A stretch of 44,188 nt of DNA from Chiloscyllium plagiosum (taxonomy: Eukaryota): the NCBI RefSeq assembly GCF_004010195.1, contig NC_057718.1, forward strand, positions 70,353,382 through 70,397,569. Direction: 5' to 3'. Below the pieces are notes generated by a model, which had not been told where the DNA came from, searched no databases, and was given only the letters and a program-made list of their open reading frames with translations. This document shows, piece after piece, positions 12,397-24,172 of the stretch. The position numbers were made by a program, and so were the translations under genes. How positions within the stretch are numbered: position 1 is the stretch's first letter; the number at the start of each line of letters is the position of its first letter.

Positions 12397-12931
12397 NNNN
12401 NNNNNNNNNNNNNNNNNNNNNNNNNNNNNNNNNNNNNNNNNNNNNNNNNNNNNNNNNNNNNNNNNNNNNNNNNNNNNNNNNNNNNNNNNNNNNNNNNNNN
12501 NNNNNNNNNNNNNNNNNNNNNNNNNNNNNNNNNNNNNNNNNNNNNNNNNNNNNNNNNNNNNNNNNNNNNNNNNNNNNNNNNNNNNNNNNNNNNNNNNNNN
12601 NNNNNNNNNNNNNNNNNNNNNNNNNNNNNNNNNNNNNNNNNNNNNNNNNNNNNNNNNNNNNNNNNNNNNNNNNNNNNNNNNNNNNNNNNNNNNNNNNNNN
12701 NNNNNNNNNNNNNNNNNNNNNNNNNNNNNNNNNNNNNNNNNNNNNNNNNNNNNNNNNNNNNNNNNNNNNNNNNNNNNNNNNNNNNNNNNNNNNNNNNNNN
12801 NNNNNNNNNNNNNNNNNNNNNNNNNNNNNNNNNNNNNNNNNNNNNNNNNNNNNNNNNNNNNNNNNNNNNNNNNNNNNNNNNNNNNNNNNNNNNNNNNNNN
12901 NNNNNNNNNNNNNNNNNNNNNNNNNNNNNNN
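12397..12931. other. Assembly gap (535 N)
   Basis: Run of N. Confidence 1.
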
Positions 12932-13046
12932 GGCAAAAGCCCTTCATCAGGAATTCCTGATGAAGGGTTTTTGCCCGAAACGTCGATTTCGAAGCTCCTT
13001 GGATGCTGCCTGAACTGCTGTGCTCTTCCAGCACCACTAATCCAGA
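12932..13046. mobile_element. Back-to-back PLE termini with hammerhead motifs (palindrome centred on GAATTC)
   Basis: GGCAAAAGCCCTTCATCAG-GAATTC-CTGATGAAGGGTTTTTGCC; complete core at 12957-12984. Confidence 0.85.
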
Positions 13047-14856
13047 ATCAAAATCCCAGGTACCAACCCATGAGACAAGTTCACCCACCTTATTCCAGAT
13101 TCTCCTGACAATGAAGTACACACATGTCAAACTAAAATCCTGATTGCCAGTGTCCCCTCGTGACCTTGTAAACCTATCCCTGACTTCACTACCCCCACCT
13201 TCTTTACACTGGAACTATAATTCAGGTTCCCATCCCCTTGCAGCATTAGTTTAATCCCCACACCCAAGGAGCATTAGAAAATTTCTCTCCCACGATATTG
13301 GTACCCTTCTGATTCAGATGAAGACTATCCTGTTTGTAGAGGTCCCACCTTCACCAGAAAGAGCTCTAATTATCCAAGAATCATAAAACCCTCCCTCCTG
13401 CACCATTGCTGCAGCCACATGTTCAGCTCCGCTCTCTCCCTGTTCCTCGCTTCACTAGCACACGGCATATAGATTCTGACAGGTCCATTTATCCAGTTAA
13501 GATTGTGGGATCATGTAAAAAGATGTATGAATAATTGCTTAATTCCACCGACATCCTGGTGTTGACTCTGCAATTATGGCTTGAAATACAGTAACTGTTC
13601 TGGCTTTTGAGATGATATAATGGAGAATAATTGAAAGTCATATTGTTTCAATTTTAATTATTTTCTCTGCAGTTTTTGACACTTATGATTTTTTATGTTT
13701 CTTCTCCATTTTATTTTTAAATTTGTGTTTTAACATTTCAAAGAACTGTTAACATAGCCAGACTATGACTAATGTACAAATGTTTTTATTTATGACCTTC
13801 ACTTTTAGATATCAGGAGCATTTGACAAAGCATCCTGTCTCATGAATAGGAATAAAGCATTGCATTTGACAACAATCCAGCCAGGAACTTCTCAAATCTA
13901 AAGCTGCTCCACATTGAAGTTGTTACTGGCATAGGAAGGTACAACATACTTCTCTGTTCAGATGTAACAAACATAGTGCATCACAACAGCTGACATCGGT
14001 ACCTGAGTTTGGATCCTGTATTTTATGTTTTAACAAGAAAATTTAAATCAAATTAAAAACAAAACTTTAATCTGACACACCACATGAATATTTCATCATG
14101 ATTCCTACGTACCAGGTTCCAATTTGCGAAAAGATACAAAATCTCAAGCCAAAAGTTGTAAATCAGTTTGGTGCATTAATAGCAGGAAAGTCATTCTTCA
14201 CTATAGTTCAGAATTTGTGAGAGGAGCGCCCGAAGTTTTAATTAAAGACTCTATTAAACACTGAACTGGTTCCTACTCTACAGCTTTCATGTGTTTTGTA
14301 TTTGATCTTGCACTTCTGAATCATAATAAGATCAACCTGAATAACTATTAATTCGAGCAATGTTGCTTCAGAGCTTTAGAGATTTTGTTATAAAATAATG
14401 CCATTCTGAGCAGTGGGCTTACAGTTGATTACAACACGCTTGCCTTTACAAACTGCAGCTGTTTGTAACTGGTAGGCTTAATTTCTGCTCTTTATCTTCA
14501 AACTAATGAACGGTTTATTTTCTGCAATCTATATGAATTTAGCTGGTCAAATTTTACATAAAGAGTACCATGTTGCATATAATATGCTGGAATTAAATGC
14601 TAGAAAGAGTTCAAATTTCAAGCAGGTACAGAAATCAAATATAAAACTCCTTTTTTCCATTTGTTTTCATGCATTTATATACATCAGGAATATAAATCTT
14701 GATATCCCATTAAAAACAGTTCTGCTCTTCTTATTCATAAACATTTTTGTGTAAATATAACTACGATGTTGCAAACTTTGTACAACCTTAGCTTTGTAAA
14801 CATTACTTTCTTATTTTGTAGGGAGAAGAAACAAACTGAAGTGTTCTGGATGGGGC

Positions 14857-16540
14857 AAAGAACAAAGAACAAAGAAAATTTACAGCCCAGGAACAGGCCC
14901 TTCCGCCCTCCAACCCTGAACCGATCCAAATGTACTGTCTAAACCTGTTGGTCAATTCCTAAGCATTTGTATCCCTCTGCTCCCCACCTACTCATGCATC
15001 TGTCCATATGCATCTTAAATGAATCTACTGTGCCTGCCTCTACCACCTCTGCTGGCAATGCTCTTCCAAACGCCCACCACCCTCTGTGTGAAATACTTGC
15101 CGCATGTATCCCCCTTAAACTTTCCACCTCTCACCCTGAAAGCATGGCCTCTCATTATTGAATCCTTCACCCTGGGAAAAAGCTTGTCTCTATCCACCCT
15201 GTCTATACCCTCCATGATTTTGTAAACCTCAATCAGGTCACCCCTCAATCTCCTTGTTTCTAGTGAAAACAACCCTAACCTACTCAACCTCTCTTCATAG
15301 CTAGCACCTTCCATACCAGGCAACATCCTCATAAACCTTCTCTGCACCCTCTCCAAAGCGTCCACATCTTTTTGGTAATGTGGCGACCAGAACTGTACAC
15401 AGTATTCTAAATGCGGCCGTACCAATGTCTTGTACAATTTTAACATGACTTGCCATCTGTTATACTCAATACCCTGTCCAATAAAGGCAAGCATACTATA
15501 TGCCTCTTGACCACTCTATCCACTTGTGCAGCAACCTTCAGGGTACAACGGACCTGCACTCCCAGATCTCTCTGCTCATCAACGTTTCCCAAGGCTCTTC
15601 CATTCATTGTATAATTCGCTCTAGAATTAGCCTTGCCTAAATGCAGCACCTCACATATGTCTGGATTGAAAGCCATCTGCCACTTTTCCACCCAACTCTC
15701 CAGTCTATCTATATCCTCCCGTATTCTCTGACAGTCCCTTATGCTTTCTGCTACTCCACCAATCTTTGTATCATCTGCAAACTTGCTGATCATACCAACA
15801 GTTCCCTCTTCATTTATGTATATTACAAATAACAGTGGCCCCAGCACTGATCCCTGTGGAACACCACTGGTCACCTTTCTCCAGTTCGAGAAACTCCCTT
15901 CAACTACTACTCTGTCTCCTGTTGCTCAACCAGTTCTTTCACCACCTCGCTAGAACACCCTGCACACCATGTGACTTCACTTTCTCCATTAGTCTACAAT
16001 GGGGAACCTTATCAAATGCCTTACTAAAATCCATGTATGTGACATCAATAGCCCTTCCTTCATCAAATACATGGTCACTTCCTCGAAGAACTCTATTAAG
16101 TTGGTAAGGCACGATCTCCCCCGCACAAAACCATGTTGCCCATCACTGATAAGATCATTCTTTTCTAAATATAAATAGATCCTATCTCTCAGTACCCTCT
16201 CCAGCAACTTCCCCACCACCGACGTCAGGCTCACTGGTCTGTAGTTACCCGGAATATCCCTACTACCCTTTTTGGACAGGGGGACAACATGAGCAACCTT
16301 CCAGTCCTCCGGCACCTCACCTGCATTTAAGGATGCCACAAAGATATCTGTCAGGGCCCCAACTATTTCCTCTCTCACCTCCCTCAGCAACCTGGGATAG
16401 ATCCCATCCGGTCCTGGGGATTTGTCCAGCTTCATAACCTCTAGCATACCCAGCACATCTTCCCTACTTTTGCCAACGTGATCCAGAATAATCAAACTTC
16501 TATCTCTAATCTCAAGATTCATGTTCCTCTCCTCAGTGAA
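14857..16540 (-). mobile_element. CR1-clade LINE, 5'-truncated, few disruptions
   Basis: ORFs 15989..16522, 15440..15874, 15015..15494 are consecutive RT segments; tail (AAAGAAC)n at 14857; same subfamily as 39387-39968. Confidence 0.95.
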
Positions 16541-16643
16541 TAGGAAATGCTTTCACATCCATCACATTTTGAATAATGTCTTTAAAAATGAACTCTTCAA
16601 ATTCTGGTGCATCTCGAATTTGAGAAATATTAACAGCACATTG

Positions 16644-17858
16644 GCGTGGGTCAAAACATAGTGGGGGGGCATGGACCTAACAAGGGAGTTGCGGGCCTTA
16701 TGGTCTCTGTGGGGTGTGGATAGGTGTGGGATGGGAAATATATCCCTGTGGTGGAGACTGTTTGTAGATGGCAGAAATGGCGGTGAATGATGCACTATGT
16801 CCGAAGGTTGAGGTGGAAGGTGAGGACCGCGGAGGGGAGGGGTGGGGGGGGTTGGGGTTCTGTCTTTGTTGCAATTGGAGGGGTAGGGTTCAAGGGCTGA
16901 GGTGCGGGAATTGGAGAAGATGCGTTGAAGGACATTGTTGACCATGAGGGACGAGACATTGTGGTCCTTGAAGCAGGAGGCCATCTGAGATGTTCAATGA
17001 TGTAATTGGTCCTCCTTGGAGCATATGCAGTGGAGGCTGAGGAATTGGGAGTAAGGCATTGTGTTTTTATAGGAGGGTAGGTGGGAAGAGGTGTAGTCCA
17101 GGTATCCCTCCACCAGAGATATATTTCCCTCCCACTCCTATCTGCTTTCCACAGAGACCATTCCCTCCGTGATTCCCTTGTTAGGTCTATGCCCCCCACC
17201 GCAAGAGGTGTAAAACCTGCACCTACACTTTCTCCCTCACCTCATCCATATCCGGCAGAGATTTTCCTGCACCTCCACACGTCATCTACTGTGTCCATTG
17301 CTCTCAATGCGGTCTCCTCTAAATTGGACACCCTGTGGCCGAACACTTTAACTCCCCCTCCCACTCTGCCAAGGACATGCAAGCGCTAGACCCCCACCAC
17401 AGCCAAATTCTAGTCACCCGATGCACGGAAGAAGAATACCTCATCTTCCACCTTGGGACCCTCCAACTACATAGCATCAACATTGATTTCACCAGTTTCC
17501 TCATCTCCTCTCCACCCACCTTATCTCAGATCCAACCCTCCACTCGGCACCGCCCTATTGAACTGTCCTATTTGTCCATCTTCCTTCCTACCTATCTGCT
17601 CCACCCTCTGCTCCGACCTGTCACCATCACCCCAACCTTCATCTACCTATCGCATTCCCAGTTACTTTCCCCCAGCCGCACTCCCTTGCCATTGATCTCT
17701 CAGCCCCCTTGCCCACCCCCACACCCACATTCCCGATGAAGAGCTTGTGCTTTAAATGTCAATTGTCTTCCTCTCGGATGATGCCTGACTGGCTGTGCTT
17801 TTCCAGCATCACATATTTTGACTCTGATCTCCAGCATCTGCAGTCCCCAGCTTCACCT
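16644..17858. mobile_element. PLE with inverted 5' segment (minus part ~16660-17085; plus part ~17100-17858)
   Basis: ~16662-16757 is the reverse complement of ~17107-17199; AEHFNSPSHSAKDMQAL..EEYLIFHLGTLQLHSINIDF (GIY-YIG C-terminus); TSD AGCACATTG at 16635-16643 and 17859-17867. Confidence 0.85.
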
Positions 17859-18864
17859 AGCACATTGACTTCAACAAGCAAACCTACATTTTGTAAATAT
17901 GCTGGTAATGTGAGGTTGTAACCAGTAAGTATGATCTGAACACTGCAAACATATAATGGATAACCTTCAAATAAACCTGCTTTTCAAATCAAGCCATAAT
18001 GTAGTTTGTCCCTAATCTCTGTGTATTAGTTACAGGTGTTTTCATAATATGAATCATATTTATTATTCATATAATTTATCCTACTTTTGTTTTCCTTTCT
18101 GTGGTTTGACATGCAGTTATTCTGACTTAATAATTGAAAACATTTCCAATGTGTGAGCTGCAAATTGTGATAAGACCCATATTCAGGCGTTGACATATGG
18201 CATTGTTAGCCTATGGGAAGATGTGGCTAAGCTTCAAGTAGCAACAAGTGTATGAATGGAATCCTTGAAATGAAAGTTGAAAAACTGCTGAAATTCATAC
18301 CTGTGAACAGGAAACTGCATTTTGAAGCCCCACCCTAGCAATATGATTACTGCCCTCCACATTTCTGAATATGTGTCAAAGTATCAGGTTAACCTGTTAA
18401 AGATCCTGACAAACTGGTTTCTCCATAGAATTAAGCCATATTCATTGGAGAGTTGCCATCTGGCTCCCTTTATTTTAGTGCTTTAGTAATCTTGTGAGAA
18501 TGTAGAATGACTAAAATTATAACCTCTGAAAGTAATTTAAAATTGTTACATACCTTGTTTTAAAACAAGAGCATCGTGTCATTTCAAATGCATAATCATT
18601 TTAATTACTCTTGGTATTACAATTAAACCTGATATACAGAGTCATAGTTCATATTTTGAATTGGAAACAGAGTGCTGAGTTACTGTTTCATTCAGGATTT
18701 CCAAGAATGTTTGCACAAAATATCCTGTATTTATATAGTTCTCTATTATGTTCTCAGGATTTCTCAGAAACCTTTGCTTGTATTGAAATACTTTGAATGC
18801 AATCACTTATTGGTGCGTAAGAATCTAAAAGAGTACATTGGCATGAATAACCATTCATGTTTTA

Positions 18865-18990
18865 TATTTCTGATGGAAGGGCATCAACCTTAAATTCTGA
18901 CAACAAAGAGCAGTCTGGCCAGCTGAATATTTTCCAGCATTTTCTGGTTCTACTTCAGATTTCCAGCATCCACAGTATTTTTGTTTTGTA
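18865..18990 (+). mobile_element. Old PLE tail fragment with decayed hammerhead motif
   Basis: TCTGATGGAAGGGCATCAACCT...TTTCCAGCATTTTCTG...CAGATTTCCAGCATC resembles the other PLE tails. Confidence 0.55.
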
Positions 18991-19172
18991 TATATTCTTT
19001 AGTCAAGGTGTGAGTTGAATTAAAAATGTTGACCAGGATAGCTTTCCTCACCTTCACATTGTGCTACAGTATATTTTAGATGCATGTAGCAGCTGAACAT
19101 CTGTGATGGGATAATATTGGAAATTATTATTGGGTGCAAACTATTTTTATTTAGAAAACTGTAGATCGATTT

Positions 19173-19390
19173 TTATTTTTTTTTTAATTCACTCATGGGA
19201 TGTGGGTGTTGCTGATTGGACCAGCATTTATTGCCCATCCTAAGGTGGTGATGAGTTGCCTTCTTGAACCGGTGCAGTCTATTTGGTATACATACACCTG
19301 CTGTGTCAATAGGAAGTTTCAGGATTTTGACCCAGTGACACTGAAGGAACAGTGATACATTTCCAAGTCTGAGTGCTGAGTGACTTTGAA
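19173..19390 (-). mobile_element. 3' end of a second non-LTR LINE family (likely partner of SINE family 2)
   Basis: ORF end RLHRFKKATHHHL, then GGATGGGCAATAAATGCTGG...CACATCCCATGAGTGAATT-polyA. Confidence 0.7.
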
Positions 19391-19561
19391 CATAGAACAT
19401 AGAACATTGAACAGGGGTGTGTGGGAGGAGCTTTTTGGCTCAATGTTCTGTCGAACATGATGCTAAATTAAACTAATTCCTTCTGCCTGTACTTGGTCCA
19501 TATCCCTTCATTCCTTGGTTCTCTAAGAGTCTCTTAAATGTCCTTATCATATCTGCTTCAA

Positions 19562-19696
19562 CCATTTCCTGAAGAAGGGCTTATGCCTGAAACGTCGATT
19601 CTCCCGCTCCTCGGATGCTGCCTGGCCTGCTGTGATTTTCCAGCACCACATTTTTCAACTCTGGTACTCCAGCATCTGCAGTCCTCACTTTTTCCC
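19562..19696 (+). mobile_element. Mini PLE insertion with hammerhead core, inside a CR1 3' tail remnant (19388-19710)
   Basis: CTGAAGAAGGGCTTATGCCTGAAACGTC at 19569-19596; TSD TCTGCTTCAA at 19552-19561 and 19697-19706. Confidence 0.82.
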
Positions 19697-19714
19697 TCTG
19701 CTTCAATCAGCACC

Positions 19715-19920
19715 TGTTATGGACCAGGTCAAATCCTGAACTGTGAGAACTGGCCACTCCCCTTATATTGCACATGTGTTTTAAAATAAAACACTTTAAA
19801 ACACTTTCAAGTAAATATTTCCAGACATTTTGGAACCTCTGCCTTTACGATTCCTCTGAAAAAAACCAAGGACAACATAACCTTGTTAAAGGAGCAGTAT
19901 TGTCGCACCCTTCCCCCTTA
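19715..19920 (-). repeat. Putative polypurine tract and 3' LTR of the Gmr1-like element
   Basis: Minus strand AAGGGGGAAGGG immediately followed by TG at 19907; candidate terminus ...ATAACA at 19715; no second LTR seen to confirm the boundary. Confidence 0.5.
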
Positions 19921-20180
19921 AAATAAGAATGCACCATCAATATCCAAAGATGGCTTCATTTTTAAACCTCTCAATCTTACACTGCTAGTACACTACAACA
20001 CACATATATATTACATTGACAATAAACATGCAAACATGCACTACTACATTCTGTCTCAGACCATTTACTTCTGCCACCGAACACTTCCATTTCTCATCTA
20101 AGATTTGACAATGCGTCGGCAATCACGTTTCACCATCCTGCCACATGCACAATTTTCAAATTGAATGGCTATAACAACAA

Positions 20181-20260
20181 GTGCTGAAAATGTGTTGCTG
20201 GAAAAGCGCAGCAGGTCAGGCAGCATCCAGGGAACAGGAGAATCGACGTTTCGGGCATAA
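20181..20260 (-). mobile_element. Mini PLE tail inserted in the RNase H region
   Basis: Near-identical to the reverse complement of 412-490; starts in the hammerhead stem II loop. Confidence 0.82.
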
Positions 20261-20699
20261 GTACCACCTAAACAGTCTGGAATTTCTTGTCCTTCAATTT
20301 CTCCACAAACTTCAATGTACATGATTGTCTCAGATACATTACTGAGATACATTACATAAACGTTGAAATATTCTAACGCCAACACCAAGCTCAAAGTCTC
20401 CTTCTCAATGGTCAAATATTTTTGTGGATGAATGTTCAATGTCCTGGAGAAATATTGATAAGTCTTTCAATCTTCTTGCTGTCTTCCTGCAAGAGCACAG
20501 CACCGACACCCACATCACTTGCATCGATAGTCCGTACACAAAGCCATTCGAGGTGGCTAAGTGTGGCTAACACTGGGGCAGTGATTAACACTGCTTTCAG
20601 GCTGTCAAATGCCTTCAGACAGTTCGCTGTCCACTGAAACTTCTTGCCGCTAAAATTTGGTATGAATTTCCAATAAAATCTATTCAATCCCAGGAATTA

Positions 20700-22305
20700 G
20701 AGTCACAGAGTCATAGAGACGTACAGCACAGAAACAGACACTTCAGTCCAACTCATCCATGCCGACCAGCTATCCCAACTCAATCTGATCTCACTGCCAG
20801 CACCCAGCCCATAACCCTCCAAACCCTTCCTATTCATACACCCATCCAGATGCCTTTTAAATGTTGCAATTGTATAGCCTCCACCACTTCCTCTGGCAGC
20901 TCATTCCATATATGTACCACCGTGTGTGTGAAAAGATTGCCCCTTAGGTCTCTTTTATATCTTTCCCCTCTCACCCTAAACTATGCCCTCTAGTGCTGGA
21001 CTCCCCGACCACAGGGAAGAGACTTTGTCTATTTATCCTATCCATGCCCCTCATGATTTTATAAACCTCTATAAGGTCACCCCCTCAGCCTCCGATGCTC
21101 CAGGGAAAATAGCCCTAGCCTATTCTACCTCTCCTTATACCTCAAATCCTCCAACCCTGGCAACATCCCTGTAAATCCTTTCGTGTTTCGCAACATCTTT
21201 CCGATAGGAAGGAGACCAGAATTGCACACAATATTCCAACAGAGGCCTAACCAATGTCTTGTACAGCTGCAACATGACCACCCAACTCCTGTACTCAATA
21301 CTCTGACCAATAAAGGAAAACATACCATACTGGGCGGCATGGTGGCACAGTGGTTAGCACTGCTGCCTCACAGCGCCAGAGACCCGGGTTCAATTCCCGC
21401 CTCAGGCGACTGACTGTGTGCAGTTTGCACGTTCTCCCCATGTCTGCATGGGTTTTCTCCCACAGTCCAAATATATGCAGGTCAGGTGAATTGGCTATGC
21501 TAAATTTCTCATACCGTTAGGTAAGGGGTAAATGTAGGGGTATGGGTGGGTTGCGCTTCGGCGGGTCGGTGTGGACTTGTTGGGCCGAAGGGCCTGTTTC
21601 CACACTGTAATGTAATGTAATCTAATCTAATCTAATGCAATCTAATCAAACACCGCCTTCACTATCCTGTCTACCTGTGACTCCACTTTCAAGGAGCTAT
21701 GAACCTGCACTACAAGTTCTCTTTGTTCAGCAACGCTCCCTAGGACCTTGCCATTAAGTGTATAAGTCCTACTAAGATTTGCTTTCCCAAAATGCAGCAC
21801 CTTGCATTTATCCGAATTAAACTCCATCTGCCACTTCCCAGCCCATTGGCTCATCTGACTAGATCCTGTTGTAATCTGAGGTTACCCTCTTCACTGTCCA
21901 CTACACCTCCAATTTTTGTGTCATCTGCAAACTTACTAACTATGCCTCTTATACTCACATCCAAATCATTTATATAAATAATGAAAAGTAGTGGATCCAG
22001 CACCGATCCTTGTGGCACAGGCTTCCAGTCTGAAAAATAACCCTCCACTGTTTTCTACTTTTGAGCCAGGTCTGTATCCAAATGGTTAGTTCTTCCTGTA
22101 TTCCATGAACTCTAACCTTGCTAACCAGTCTCCCTTGGGGAACCTTGTCCAAAGCCTTACTGAAGTCCATATAGATCACGTCCACCACTTTGCCCTCATC
22201 AATCCTCTTTTTTACTTCAAAATAGTCAATCAAGTGTGTGAGACATGATTTCCCATGCACACAAAGCAATGTTGACTATCCTAATCAGTCGTTGTCTTTC
22301 CAAAT
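20700..22305 (-). mobile_element. CR1-clade LINE, 5'-truncated, inserted in the Gypsy pol
   Basis: ORFs 21970..22269, 21851..22048, 21642..21854, 21135..21323 are RT segments; tail (AGAGTCA)n at ~20700. Confidence 0.93.
21332..21646 (+). mobile_element. HE1-type V-SINE, full length
   Basis: GGGCGGCATGGTGGCACAGTGGTTAGC (box A), GGTTCAATTCCC (box B), V-domain, (TAATG/TAATC)n tail. Confidence 0.93.
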
Positions 22306-22344
22306 TGTATGGTTTGGAGGTGCCATTGCAGGACTGAGGTGTAC

Positions 22345-22470
22345 AAAGTAAAAAATCACAATACACCAGGTTCTTGTCCAACAGATTTATTTGGAAGCAC
22401 TAGCTTTCAGAGCACTGTTCCTTTATCAGGAGGTTGTGGAATATAAGAATGTAAGGCACAGAATTGTAGT
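22345..22470 (-). mobile_element. PLE tail (same family as 27927-28732) with decayed hammerhead motif
   Basis: Minus strand CCTGATAAAGGAACAGTGCTCTGAAAGCTAGTGC...AATAAA; homologous to 27927-28050. Confidence 0.78.
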
Positions 22471-23873
22471 ACTGCGCTTTTCGTTGATAGTTTGGGAAAC
22501 TCCCCAATTATCATTGTCCATGTCCAATGATATGGCCCAAGAAGGTGACTTGGGCTTTGGCAAAATCACTTTTCGCCAGGTTTATCACCAAGCTTTCCTC
22601 CAGAAGTCAATTGAACAATTCAGATAAATGTTGCAAATCTTGCTTCCACATGTGACTAAAAATCAGCAAGTCATCAATACAAACTACCCAGTTGGGTAAT
22701 CTGGAAATGACCTTATTTGTTAATCTCTGAAATGTGGCCGGAGCGTTTTTCATACCAAATGGCATGACTTTAAACTCATACAGTCCATTTGACATTATTG
22801 AAAGCCAAAATTGTCTACACTCTTTCAGACAAAGGTACCTGCCAGTATCCTCTCAGTAAGTCCAACTTAGAAATGTAAATTGCTTATCCCACCTCCTCAA
22901 CACGCTCTTCCAAATGTGGAATCTGATATGCATCAGTCTTTGTAACTGCATTGTTTTTGTGATAGCTTTTGTGTAACCATCTGATTTGGGCACCATTACT
23001 GTGGGTGAGCTTCAGTCACTGTAATTCACTTTGATTATGTTGTCTTGGAGCATGCATTCAATCTCCTTTTGAACTTGTGCCAACTTTAGAGGGTTATGCC
23101 AACAAGAATATTGCTTAATCAGAACAGCATTCCCTTTATCTACACCATGTATAATTAGGTTAGTACTTCACAGTTTATTTCCACAAAATTCCCCATGCGA
23201 TAGCAATAATTCTTTCAGGTCATTTTGATTTTCCTCTGGAAGGTAACTCAGTAATTTATCCCAATTTTTGATAACTTGCTCATGGTCCAACTTAATTTGA
23301 GGAATGTCCATTTCAGAGTCCTCTGAACTTGGTTCTTCACTCCATCTTGCAATCAATAACACATTCTCCTCTTGCTTTCCTTCCCTGTCAAAATATCTTT
23401 TGAACATATTCACATGACATACTCTGAGTTTTCTTTCTGTCTGAAGTCCTTATCAAATAGTTCACCTCACTCAATCTCCTTTCAACATAATAAGGTCCAC
23501 TAAACCTTGCTTTTAAAAGGTTCACCTATCACAGAAAGTAATATTAAAACTGTATCTCTGATTGCAAAATTGCGCATTTTTGATTTCTTGTCTACTTCCC
23601 GTTTCATTGTATGTTGTGACACCTTTAAATGCTGTTTAATCAACTCTCCTGCTATAGTTAACCATTCCTTAAAATTTGACATATTGTCCAAATATGTGGT
23701 CTCTAAATTCTGACTTATCAATTTCTTCTTAAACAATTTTAGCAGTCCTCTCGCTCCATGCCCAAAACCTAATAGAAATGAACTAAATTTGGTTAATTCA
23801 TTTGGTGCAATTCTGATGGAAAAAAATACAAATGGAATTCCTTAATCCCAAGCAACTGGATAGTCTTGACTAT

Positions 23874-24172
23874 GGGTGGCATGGTAGCCCAGTGGTTAGC
23901 ACTGCTGCCAGAGACCTGTATTTGATTCCAGCATATTATTCCCGTGTCTTTGTGGGTTCACTCTAGGTGCTCTGGTTTCCTCCCACAGTCCAAAGATGTG
24001 CAGGTTAGGTAAGTTGCCTATGCTAAATTGCCCATAGTGTTTAGGGATGTATGGGTTAGGTGCATTTATCTGGGGAAATGTGAAGTAGTAGGAGTATGGG
24101 TCAGATACTGTTCAGAGGCTGGGTGTGGACTTGTTTGGTTGAATGGCCTGTTTCCACTCTGTGGGGATTCTA
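23874..24172 (+). mobile_element. HE1-type V-SINE inserted in the integrase
   Basis: Head GGGTGGCATGGTAGCCCAGTGGTTAGCACTGCTGCC, partly deleted V-domain, tail. Confidence 0.88.

Larger units (their letters stand above)
8494..13468 (-). mobile_element. Long CR1-clade LINE (ORF1 esterase end, APE endonuclease, RT, 3' tail), fragmented by nested insertions
   Basis: Tail (ATAGAAC)n at 8494; RT pieces 8843-9875; endonuclease ORF 10269..10673 (GVFYRPPN, IMGDFNFPNIDW, ILDLVL, GDSDHN); resumes at 13047 with ORF1-like LYKQDSLHLNQKGTNI near 13290-13345. Confidence 0.88.

Noticed and set aside
12208..13130. Long ORFs 12208..12936, 12328..12960, 12393..13130 (and 28918..29508, 29114..29422)
   Set aside because: Artefacts of translating through N runs
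18301..18393. Minus-strand exon candidate ending CAG|GTATGA (MWRAVIILLGWGF...)
   Set aside because: Single good donor only; upstream acceptor frames contain stops; no partner exons identified
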